Origin: Haloferax volcanii DS2
GTDB lineage: Archaea; Halobacteriota; Halobacteria; Halobacteriales; Haloferacaceae
Direction: 5' to 3'
Length of the DNA stretch: 32,000 nucleotides
Assembly (NCBI RefSeq): GCF_000025685.1
Contig: NC_013964.1
Location: 390,001-422,000 of the forward strand
The position numbers were made by a program, and so were the translations under genes. The notes under the pieces were generated by a model. The model was given only the letters and a program-made list of their open reading frames with translations, was not told where the DNA came from and did not search any database. Positions 9,091-17,282 of the stretch are shown here, in pieces (the first letter of the stretch is position 1; each line of letters starts with the position of its first letter).

Positions 9091-9188
9091 GAAAAGTGTA
9101 CCACGGAGAGACGCATTATAGCTTGTGCAGACGGCGAACGCGGCGAGACAGACGGGACGAAGGCGGCGAGTCGCTTCGAACCGTCGAC

Positions 9189-10430
9189 TCAATCCTCGTC
9201 GTAGTGGAACTCGGTCCACGGCCCGTCGCGGAACGGGTAGTCGTCGAGCGCGTCGAAGTTCACTTCGATTCCCAGTCCCGGCTCGTCGGACAGCGAGAGG
9301 ACGCCGTCCTCGACGGCGGGTTGGCCCTCGATGATGTCGAACGCGAGGTCGAAGGGGTACATTCCGGGGTCGGTCTCGGCGTCGAGGAGCGGGTCGTCCT
9401 CGAAGACCGGGTATTCGAGGAGCGACACCTCGGGCGCGGCCGCGACGAGGTGCGCGTTGGCGAGCAGGCCGACCCACGTCCCGAAGTTGTGCGGGACGAA
9501 CTCCACGTCGCGGCCGACGCAGGACTCGACCGCGGGGCGACAGCCGGTGTAACCGCAGTGGTGGCGAACGTCGCCCTGGAGGAAGGCCACCGCACCCGTC
9601 TCACCGAGCGCGACGAGTCCGTCTGGCGTCGGTTCGCTCTCGCCGCCGGCCAGCGGCGCGCCCGTCGCCGCGAGGTCGACGTAGCCCGCGTGGTCGTCCG
9701 GCGAGACCGGCTCTTCGACCCAGTAGCAGTCCCGCTCGGCGGCGAAGGTGACGAGGTCCTCGACCGTCTCGCGGTCGTAGCCGCCGCGAATCTTCCACCA
9801 CGTGTGCACGTCGAGCATCACTTCCATCTCGCCCGCGACATCAGAGAGCAGTTCGATGGTCCGGCGGTCCCCGTCGGGGCCGATGCCCGGTCGGTACTTG
9901 TAGCCGAAGAAGCCGAGGTCGCGGATGGTCGCCGCCTGCTCGGCGTAGCCCTCGGGTTCCATGTACATCCCGGCGCTCGCGTACAGGGGCATCTCCGTCG
10001 TCGGGTCGGTGCCGTAGTCGTCGGCGAGCAGTTCGTAGATGGGCGCGCCGACCTGCTTCCCGCGGATGTCGTACAGCGCCACGTCGAGCGCCGAAATAGC
10101 CTCGTGGCGGAGTCGGTCGGGCAGGTCGGTGTCGCGGAGTATCGCGTGGGCGTCTTCGACTTCCTCGATTGGCTCGCCTTCGAGCGCGTCGGCGACCGCA
10201 CCGTTTACCACGTCCGCGAAGGTCCCCTGCGAGTCGCCCTCGAAGTACTCCCGCATCGCGGAACTGCTCGCTCCCGCGGTGGCGATGCCGCGGGTGCCGT
10301 CGGCCGATTCGACGACGACGAGCACCACGTCGCGTTTGAGGAGGCGACGGGTGCCACCGTGGAAGGGGCGGTCCTGCGGCGGTTCGATGGGTGACGAGAG
10401 AGCGTAGCCGCTGATAGTCGCGATTCGCAT
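9189..10430 (-). CDS. Enolase-superfamily enzyme (divergent mandelate racemase/muconate lactonizing family member)
   Basis: 413 aa. ALDVALYDIRGK, FGYKYRPG, MLDVHTWW, WVEEPV, LAGGES and VPHNFG correspond to the capping/barrel metal-ligand pattern. TTTTAT lies at -30. Confidence 0.8.
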   Translation of the reverse strand: MRIATISGYALSSPIEPPQDRPFHGGTRRLLKRDVVLVVVESADGTRGIATAGASSSAMREYFEGDSQGTFADVVNGAVADALEGEPIEEVEDAHAILRDTDLPDRLRHEAISALDVALYDIRGKQVGAPIYELLADDYGTDPTTEMPLYASAGMYMEPEGYAEQAATIRDLGFFGYKYRPGIGPDGDRRTIELLSDVAGEMEVMLDVHTWWKIRGGYDRETVEDLVTFAAERDCYWVEEPVSPDDHAGYVDLAATGAPLAGGESEPTPDGLVALGETGAVAFLQGDVRHHCGYTGCRPAVESCVGRDVEFVPHNFGTWVGLLANAHLVAAAPEVSLLEYPVFEDDPLLDAETDPGMYPFDLAFDIIEGQPAVEDGVLSLSDEPGLGIEVNFDALDDYPFRDGPWTEFHYDED

Positions 10431-10522
10431 ATCTCAACAGACTCGGCCATCACGATAAAACTCCGCCTCGCAAGCGGGACTCGGGGAGGGAGCGGAGACA
10501 ACCGGGAGAGAAAGGCGGCGCG

Positions 10523-11575
10523 CTACTGGAAGACGTCGGCGGCGAACGGGTAGAGGTCGTCGAGGGCGACGCGCTCGTTGCGCCGGCCCGACTCGTAGGC
10601 CGCCATGGTGATGAGCACCGCCTTGAGGCCGTCGCGGGCGGTCGCGGGCGGCGTCTCGCCGGTCTCGATGGCGTCGAGGAACGCGGTTCCCTTGCTCAGC
10701 CACCGCTCGTAGCCGTCGTAGGGGTGGTGTTCGGTCCCCTCGTCGTCGATGACGTAGCCGGTGCGGTCGTCCCACTCGTGGCCTTCGAGGTATATCGCGC
10801 CCTCGTCGTCCCAGATGTGGACGTGCTCGCGGGTCCGCGCGACGACGCCCGTGTCGGAGACGTTCGCCACCGCGCCCTCCTCGAACTCGATGATGATGGA
10901 GGACTGGCGGTCGAACACCTGCTCGTCGTCGTGGAAGTCGACGTAGGCGTTGACGTGGGTCGGGGTGAGTCCGGTCGTCCAGAGGATGGCGTCGATGACG
11001 TGCGTGCCGACGTTCAGGAGGTGACCGCCGCCGCTCAGTTCGGGGTTCATCCGCCAGTCGTCTTCCTTCTCGTAGTAGGACTGCCAGTCGTGAGTCACCT
11101 CGCCGGTGATAAAGCGCGGGACGCGGTCGCCGTCGGCCCACTCGTCGCGGGCGCGCTTGTAGGCCGGATTGAAGTGTCGCTGGTAGCCGACCATCACGGT
11201 TTGGTCGCTCGCCTCGGCGCGGGTCGTGAGTTCGTAGGCCTCCTCGGCGTCGGTCGCGAGCGGCTTCTCGCAGAGGACGTGCAGGCCGCGGTCCAACACG
11301 GCCGAGGTCTGTTCGTAGTGGAGGCCGTTGGGCGTCGCGACGGCGACGGCGTCCATCGGGGCCGAGTCGAGGAACGCCTCGAACGACCGGTAGCGGTGCG
11401 CCTCGGGAACGTCGAAGGAGTCACCGACCTCGGTGAGGCCGTCGGGGTCCACGTCGGAGATGGCGACGAGGTCCGACCGGGGGAGTTCGACGAACTGTTG
11501 GCAGAGCCGACGACCGAGGCTACCGAGGCCGACGACGCCGACGGCGATTGGAGACGGGTCTGTCTGACGCGGCAT
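10523..11575 (-). CDS. Gfo/Idh/MocA family NAD(P)-dependent sugar oxidoreductase
   Basis: 350 aa from ATG 11575 (MPRQTDPSPIAVGVVGLGSLGRR Rossmann motif) and the VLCEKPLA EKP motif. TTATCT lies about 29 nt upstream. An alternative ATG is at about 11620. The longer track ORF to 11866 is spurious. Confidence 0.85.
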   Translation of the reverse strand: MPRQTDPSPIAVGVVGLGSLGRRLCQQFVELPRSDLVAISDVDPDGLTEVGDSFDVPEAHRYRSFEAFLDSAPMDAVAVATPNGLHYEQTSAVLDRGLHVLCEKPLATDAEEAYELTTRAEASDQTVMVGYQRHFNPAYKRARDEWADGDRVPRFITGEVTHDWQSYYEKEDDWRMNPELSGGGHLLNVGTHVIDAILWTTGLTPTHVNAYVDFHDDEQVFDRQSSIIIEFEEGAVANVSDTGVVARTREHVHIWDDEGAIYLEGHEWDDRTGYVIDDEGTEHHPYDGYERWLSKGTAFLDAIETGETPPATARDGLKAVLITMAAYESGRRNERVALDDLYPFAADVFQ

Positions 11576-11623
11576 GGATGCGATTACAGAGATAGGGCAG
11601 ATAACTGTTGTGACGGTCATCGG

Positions 11624-11666
11624 GCGCGCGACGCCGCGCGCGACCCCCCTGTCCGAAGATTTTATG
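11624..11666. promoter_or_regulatory. Divergent promoter core between the Gfo/Idh/MocA and DHDPS-family genes
   Basis: The direct repeat GCGCGCGAC-GCC-GCGCGCGAC lies at 11624-11644. It is followed by CCGAAGA plus TTTTAT (11660-11665), which sits at -30 of the plus-strand ATG 11690. Confidence 0.55.
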
Positions 11667-11689
11667 CGCGAGTGCCCGGTGGTTCGGGT

Positions 11690-12628
11690 ATGCCACTCGC
11701 AGAGAGCGGTGTGCGCGAGCACCTGCGCGGCGTCGCCGCCGGGCTCCTCACCCCGTTCGACGACGACCTCGACATCGAACACGACGAACTGGCAGCGAAC
11801 GCGACGACGCTCTACGACGGGGGAATCCGCACGTTCCTCGCGTCGGCGAACATCAGCGAGTACCACTCGCTGACCCGGCAGGAACGCGTCGATGTGACGG
11901 CGACGGCGGTCGACGCGCTCCCGTCAGACGTGTGCGTCCTCGCCGGCGTCGGCGGGAGCACGGCGAGCGCGCGCGAACTCATCGACGCCTACGACCGCAT
12001 CGGCGTCGACGGGATGATGATAATGCCGCCGGACCACACCTACGTCCACGAGCGCGGCCTGCTTCGCTACTACGAGAAACTAGCCGAGGCCTCGACGGCC
12101 CCGCTGGTGCCGTACGTGAAGGGGTTTAACCCGTCAATCAACTATCTCCGTGACCTCGCGGGACTCGACGGCGTGGTCGGCATCAAGTACGCCATCGAAG
12201 ACGCCGTAAAACTCGGCGCGGCCGCCAGCACCACCGGCGACGACGTGGTCTGGGTGGACGGCCTCGCGGAGCCCTTCGCCGTCTCGTTTTGGAACGAGGG
12301 CATCGAGGGGTTCTCGGCGGGCGTGAGCAACTTCCGCCCGGAAGTCGGCCTCGCGCTGTTCGAGGCGCTCACCGAGGAGAACTGGGGGCGCGCCCGCGAG
12401 CTTCGAAACATCTGTCTGCCCTACCAGAACTTCCGCGACCAGACCGGGCAGAACAACAGCCTCGACGGCGCTATCAGCGTCCCAGCGGTGAAGAAGGGGC
12501 TCGAACTGGCCGGCCTGCGCGGCGGGGCAGTCCGCGAGCCGATTCGGTCGCTGTCGGCCGACGACGAGCGCCGCGCCGAGGAACTGTACGACCAACTCGA
12601 CGACGACATCGAACGTCTCATCGACTGA
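11690..12628 (+). CDS. Dihydrodipicolinate synthase/N-acetylneuraminate lyase family protein (candidate keto-deoxy sugar-acid aldolase/dehydratase)
   Basis: 312 aa from ATG 11690. It has the DHDPS-fold pattern with the Schiff-base lysine context VVGIKYA and GVDGMMIMPP. The usual GTTGE block is replaced by SANISEYHSLT. TTTTAT at 11660-11665 is exactly -30. Confidence 0.75.
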   Translation: MPLAESGVREHLRGVAAGLLTPFDDDLDIEHDELAANATTLYDGGIRTFLASANISEYHSLTRQERVDVTATAVDALPSDVCVLAGVGGSTASARELIDAYDRIGVDGMMIMPPDHTYVHERGLLRYYEKLAEASTAPLVPYVKGFNPSINYLRDLAGLDGVVGIKYAIEDAVKLGAAASTTGDDVVWVDGLAEPFAVSFWNEGIEGFSAGVSNFRPEVGLALFEALTEENWGRARELRNICLPYQNFRDQTGQNNSLDGAISVPAVKKGLELAGLRGGAVREPIRSLSADDERRAEELYDQLDDDIERLID

Positions 12629-12725
12629 GTGGGGACGACAGAAGACGCCGACGACCGACAGCGGCGAGAGCGACGGCCACGGACGGGGTCGAGTCGCGTC
12701 GCGGTATCGGCGCGGAGAGTGACGA

Positions 12726-12742
12726 CTGAACCGACGGTTCAG
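12726..12742. promoter_or_regulatory. Perfect 17-bp palindrome CTGAACCG-A-CGGTTCAG
   Basis: Read directly from the sequence. It lies 98 nt after the DHDPS-family stop and about 65 nt upstream of the TATA of the 649-aa gene. Confidence 0.5.
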
Positions 12743-12842
12743 CGACGAGACGGCCGGCCTGCGCACCGCGGGCCGGACCGGACAGCTACCAGTATCTCGC
12801 GCGACCCAAATATTCATCACCCGAGACGCGGGGTATGTTGGC

Positions 12843-14792
12843 ATGCGCGAGTTCGAAGCGACCGCCGAGGCGACTCGGCCGCCGACGTGGGCGCACAAAC
12901 AAAGAGCGCTGTTCGACCTGACCGCCGACGCGGTCGACCGGTTCGTCGCCAACTACACCGGCCCCGACGGGGAGCCGTTCTGGCCGCCAGACGACCACGT
13001 GGGCGTCGACGGCTTCGACGACGTGGTCGAGGGGTTCTACAACTGGCCGCTCGTGTACGCGATGGGCGGCGACGAACGCCTGCTTGACCACGCCCGTCGC
13101 GTGTACGAGTCCGCGTTGGAACGCGGCGCGGCGACGGAGACGCCGTTCGGCCATCCGATGGTCGTCGACGAGTTCGAACAGTGCCGCGACTGGTTCCACC
13201 TCGGGGAGGGCAATCTCTACACGTACAGCATGGGCCTCGCCGCGCCCGACGACGAGGCGGTCGTCGACCGGGCGAAGAAGTTCGCGGAGCTCTACACCGC
13301 CGACTCGGAGACGGGAAACTACGACGCCGACGAGCGGGTGGTTCGCGGGCCGATGAACGGGAGCATGGGCCCGGAGTTCTGCGACTTCTCCGCCTACGAA
13401 CACCACCCCTACGGCGCGGACTACCGCTGGGCCAGACACGGCCTCCCGTGGCGGGACTTGGAGTTCGACGAGGCCGCGGACCTCCTCGACCCGGCGAACG
13501 AAGAGCGCCTGTTCGAGGTGTTGAACGAGCGCTGCGCGAAGGACGACATCCCGCTGAACCTCAACATCACGAGCCTGATGACGAACGCCTACCTCCACAC
13601 CGGAGAGGAACGCTACCGCGAGTGGGTGACCGACTACCTCGGCGCGTGGCGGGAGCGGACGGCCGAGAACGGCGGCATCATCCCCGACAACGTCGGGCGC
13701 TCCGGCGAAATCGGTGAGTACACCGACGGCTCGTGGTACGGCGGCTACTACGGTTGGTCGTGGGGCGGGTGGCACTACGTCGGCATCGGGCCGACGGTCG
13801 CCGCCGAGAACGCGGTCCTGCTCGAAGGCGACAGAGAGTATCTCGACTTCCCGCGGTCGCAGCTCGACATCCTCATGGAGAACGGCATCGAAGTCGCCGA
13901 GGACGACGTACACAGCACGCTCTACATCCCGCACAAGTACGGCGGCGAGGGCGACTACCACTACGACGCGTCGGGCGTCCTCACGGAGGACGACGGGGAG
14001 GTACTGTGGCGGGACGGCTGGTACGAGTTCCAGCCGCACACGGACGACCCCTACGCGGTCCACCTCTGGTATATGTCGATGCGCGACGAGGACCGAGACC
14101 GGATTCGTCGGCTCCGCGACTGGGAGAAACAGGACTGGCGACGCGTCGACCCGCGGGCGAAGACGAAACACGGCGACGGCCACGAGTACGCGTGGCTCGC
14201 CTACCTGGACGGGGAGTTCCCGGACTACCCGGACCGAATCCTCGGCGCGACGCGCGAGCACGTCGACGAGCGACTGCGGCTGTTCGACGCCGAGGGGAAC
14301 GAACCGACGACCGTGGACGAGGACTACCTCAGGGACCGGAACCCGGCGTTCCACAAGGCGCTCCTCCAACTCACGATGGGCGCGCCACAGCCGGTCTACT
14401 ACGGCGGCCTCGTGATAGCCCAAGTGCGCCACTTCGACGCCCGAAGAGAGCGGCCGGGGCTCCCGTCCGGCGTCGCCGCGCTCGTGGAGTCGGTGACGAG
14501 CGACGGCCTCGAACTGACGCTCGTCAACACCGGCGCGAGGCGGGAGGAGGTCGTCGTCCAAGCCGGCGCGTACGGCGAACACCGGTTCACCGCGGTCGAG
14601 ACCGACGGGGCGGAGCGCGGTGTCGACGACGGCGCGGACGACTCCGACAGCGCGAGCGACGGGGAGGACAACAGCGCGGACGCGCTCCGGGTCCGACTCC
14701 CCGCCGGAAGCCGGATGTCGATTCGCGCCGGCCTCGACCGCTTCGTCGACGACCCGAGTTACGACCACCCGTGGTCGGAGACGGAGCCGTAA
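12843..14792 (+). CDS. Large acidic cytoplasmic protein of unknown function (649 aa)
   Basis: This is the only long ORF here with haloarchaeal acidic composition and sensible codon bias. It is Trp/Tyr-rich (GSWYGGYYGWSWGGWHYVGIG). It has no signal peptide, no TM segment and no motif I can assign. ATATTC lies at -33. Confidence 0.7.
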   Translation: MREFEATAEATRPPTWAHKQRALFDLTADAVDRFVANYTGPDGEPFWPPDDHVGVDGFDDVVEGFYNWPLVYAMGGDERLLDHARRVYESALERGAATETPFGHPMVVDEFEQCRDWFHLGEGNLYTYSMGLAAPDDEAVVDRAKKFAELYTADSETGNYDADERVVRGPMNGSMGPEFCDFSAYEHHPYGADYRWARHGLPWRDLEFDEAADLLDPANEERLFEVLNERCAKDDIPLNLNITSLMTNAYLHTGEERYREWVTDYLGAWRERTAENGGIIPDNVGRSGEIGEYTDGSWYGGYYGWSWGGWHYVGIGPTVAAENAVLLEGDREYLDFPRSQLDILMENGIEVAEDDVHSTLYIPHKYGGEGDYHYDASGVLTEDDGEVLWRDGWYEFQPHTDDPYAVHLWYMSMRDEDRDRIRRLRDWEKQDWRRVDPRAKTKHGDGHEYAWLAYLDGEFPDYPDRILGATREHVDERLRLFDAEGNEPTTVDEDYLRDRNPAFHKALLQLTMGAPQPVYYGGLVIAQVRHFDARRERPGLPSGVAALVESVTSDGLELTLVNTGARREEVVVQAGAYGEHRFTAVETDGAERGVDDGADDSDSASDGEDNSADALRVRLPAGSRMSIRAGLDRFVDDPSYDHPWSETEP

Positions 14793-14858
14793 GCGACACG
14801 CCGACCGGGCCGCGCCGGGTTCGGAAGGCGCGTACGAGGACTGGAAATGCGTCGATTC

Positions 14859-15209
14859 GTTCCCGTCACGGGAACGACAGTAGTCGTCGCGTGGCATCTC
14901 AGTATTCGAGAGGGCGACTGAGAAGCCTCGAAACCGATGATTAGCTATCAGGTCGCCCTGCGACGGAAACACCGGGAGAGACGGTGTTCCCGTGTTGGGA
15001 ATTATTAATCGAGATATATTCTACGAGTCCGGAGCGAGGTCCGTGGGAGGAGCTATCAGACACAGATTACACCCATACGTCTGTAACGAAAATGGGTCGG
15101 GAAATCGGGTCAGCATCTCGTAGTTCGTCGGCTCCGAACGCAGGAGTGGCTGATTCGTCGCTGATAGCCGTTCTTCTTCGATTATACACATTGTTCCCTT
15201 TGAGGGAAC
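14859..15209. repeat. Three copies of a 17-bp palindrome GTTCCCN-N3-NGGGAAC in a low-GC spacer
   Basis: 14859-14875 is GTTCCCGTCACGGGAAC (perfect). 14986-15002 is GTTCCCGTGTTGGGAAT (imperfect). 15193-15209 is GTTCCCTTTGAGGGAAC (perfect). I did not find the motif elsewhere in the window. Confidence 0.7.
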
Positions 15210-15284
15210 GGGCTTTGCGCGTGAACGAGGACCGCAGTCACGAGTGGTGAGAGAATTTATCACCGGGGGCGAACACTATGGCGC

Positions 15285-16007
15285 ATGCCCACACGAGTCA
15301 CCGTCTGGAACGAGAACGTCCACGAACGGGAGGAACCGGCCGTTGCGGAGCGGTATCCGACGGGAATCCACGGAACCATCGCGGCGCATCTGGAGGGACC
15401 GGACCGCGAGGTACGAACGGCGACGTTACAGGAACCAGAACACGGCTTAGACGAGGCGACGCTGGACGCGACGGACGTGTTGGTCTGGTGGTCCCACTGC
15501 GCCAACGACGAGGTGACAGACGCCGTCGCGGAGCGCGTCGTCGACCGCGTCCACGAGGGGATGGGCTTCATCCCGCTGCACTCTGGGAAGAACTCGAAGC
15601 CGTTCACGCGACTGATGGGGACGACCTGCAACATCAAATACCGCCACGGCGGCGAGCGCGAGCGGGTGTGGGTCGCGGACCCCGGCCACCCCATCGCCGA
15701 CGGCCTCGACGAGCAGTTCGTCATCCCGGCGACGGAGACGTACGGCGAGCCCTACGACATCCCTGAACCCGATAGAACCGTCTTCATCTCGTGGTTCGAA
15801 GGCGGCGACGTGTTCCGCTCGGGCGTCTGCTACCGCCGCGGCCGCGGACGAATCTTCGCGTTCCGACCGGGCCACGAGGAGTATCCCATCTTCCACCAAG
15901 ACGAGGTCAAACGCGTCATCGACAACGCCGTCGAGTGGGCGACGCCGACCGAGGGCGCGTCGGCGCGGTGGGGGAAGACCGACCCGCTCGAACACGTCGA
16001 GGAGTGA
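15285..16007 (+). CDS. ThuA domain-containing protein (second paralog)
   Basis: 240 aa. [38 protein letters not shown] and [14 protein letters not shown] match the ThuA-like family. TTTATC lies at -29. Confidence 0.8.
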   Translation: MPTRVTVWNENVHEREEPAVAERYPTGIHGTIAAHLEGPDREVRTATLQEPEHGLDEATLDATDVLVWWSHCANDEVTDAVAERVVDRVHEGMGFIPLHSGKNSKPFTRLMGTTCNIKYRHGGERERVWVADPGHPIADGLDEQFVIPATETYGEPYDIPEPDRTVFISWFEGGDVFRSGVCYRRGRGRIFAFRPGHEEYPIFHQDEVKRVIDNAVEWATPTEGASARWGKTDPLEHVEE

Positions 16008-16209
16008 GCGGAGCGGCGCGCGTCGGCGCGGAGACTGTTCCCCACTGAAGAACGACGACCACAACTGCTGCTGAACGAATTCGCTCTTTGGTCACTGGGA
16101 GAACTGGGAGGATGTTCGACCTCGGGGTCGAGCAGCGGGACGGCCACACATACCAGATTTAGATATATATTTGAAAATTGGTGATTCAACGTAGAACAGC
16201 AACAGGAGG

Positions 16210-16641
16210 CTACGACGTGCTCGCGGTGGGGTTCCACCGTGAGCCGACAGTCCGCATCAGCCATCCGCCGATTCGACCGCACCCCAGACCGAACATGGAG
16301 GCGAGACAGACGACGACCCCGCCGGCGAATGCGAAGAACGCGACTCTGGACAGCGGCCACGCCACCGTCGTTCCCGTCGTCACCGCGAATATGACCAGTT
16401 CTAGAACGCCGCCAAGAAAACCGGCGTAGAGTCCGGCGGCGTCCGAGTCCACCGAGCGGACCGCGGCGACGACTCCCGCGGTGACCGCCCCGAATATCAT
16501 CATCCCGGCACCGACGGTCGCCTCCGAGTTCGGGAACCAGTTCACCACGGCACTGATGGGAAGCGAGGCTATCGCCCCGACGAGCGCGGCGTTCCATTCC
16601 GGAGAGAGGGCACTGAATCGGGGAATCGAGACCATACGCAC
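16210..16641 (-). CDS. Small polytopic membrane protein, DUF5518-like
   Basis: 143 aa with four hydrophobic Gly/Ala-rich helices. The W.NAL.GA N-terminal pattern resembles haloarchaeal DUF5518 proteins. ATATAT is at -29 from GTG 16641 and -35 from ATG 16635. Confidence 0.5.
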   Translation of the reverse strand: MRMVSIPRFSALSPEWNAALVGAIASLPISAVVNWFPNSEATVGAGMMIFGAVTAGVVAAVRSVDSDAAGLYAGFLGGVLELVIFAVTTGTTVAWPLSRVAFFAFAGGVVVCLASMFGLGCGRIGGWLMRTVGSRWNPTASTS

Positions 16642-16886
16642 GTATGTAAGACGGCTAAGAAGTCATATATTTGGCGGGGTTTGACCGCGGGGGTCGAACT
16701 GTACTCGGCGTCCGGGCCGTTCGTGGTACTGTTCGCAGACTGTGGGGCCGGCGATGACGACAGGACCCTCGGAGCGATAAATGTCATAAGTAGTAGATGA
16801 ATAGAATCTATAAAGTATTTTGATATATTGTAATCGGGGTTCGGTTCCGACGCAAGAGATACTACAATGCCCGCAGAACGTGTTTC

Positions 16887-17240
16887 ATGGCAGACAGTAC
16901 AACAGTCGACGAACTGGTCGTCACGAAGCTTTCCGACGCAACCTCGACAGCACTCGAAGGCGGTCGCACGGAGTCGGTCGAACTACGCGGCGTGTCGGTC
17001 ACGCGAGCGACGCTGGAGCCGGGGTGGGGAGCGGAAGCCGACCGCGACGGAACGGAACCCGACTACTGTCAGAGCGCCCACGACATCTACGTCGTCTCCG
17101 GGACGCTCGGTCTCGAACTGGACGACGGGGCGCGGACGGAGATTGCCGCCGGCTGTGCCGCGACCATCCCGCCGGGGCATCGCGGCTGGACGGTCGGAGA
17201 CGAGCGACTCGTCTATCTGGAGTTCGACCCGAGCGAGTAA
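16887..17240 (+). CDS. Cupin domain protein
   Basis: 117 aa. It shows a beta-barrel pattern: VTRATLEPGWG, H.IYVVSGTLGLELDDG and TIPPGHRGW. Confidence 0.65.
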   Translation: MADSTTVDELVVTKLSDATSTALEGGRTESVELRGVSVTRATLEPGWGAEADRDGTEPDYCQSAHDIYVVSGTLGLELDDGARTEIAAGCAATIPPGHRGWTVGDERLVYLEFDPSE

Positions 17241-17282
17241 CCGTGACTACCATACCGCCGGTCCGCGTAGCCTCCCGACGAG

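Noticed and set aside
14930-15260. Low-GC patch considered as a remnant insertion sequence, MITE or prophage end.
   Set aside because: There is no transposase or integrase fragment in any frame, no terminal inverted repeats bounding the patch, no target-site duplication and no adjacent tRNA.
14984-15263. Two overlapping small ORFs (88 aa + strand, 80 aa - strand) in the low-GC spacer.
   Set aside because: They have no acidic bias, no third-position G/C bias, no recognisable motif and no TATA at the leaderless distance. The region is better explained as regulatory or non-coding.
16008-16886. A/T-rich stretches around the DUF5518-like gene (16150-16190 and 16770-16835, e.g. TTTAGATATATATTTGAAAA and TAAAGTATTTTGATATATTG) considered as ncRNA genes or a replication-origin-like element.
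   Set aside because: They are short and lack ORB-like repeats or a neighbouring cdc6/orc gene. They fit ordinary convergent-terminator and divergent-promoter spacers. The track ORF 16569..16787 overlapping this region has no coding signature.
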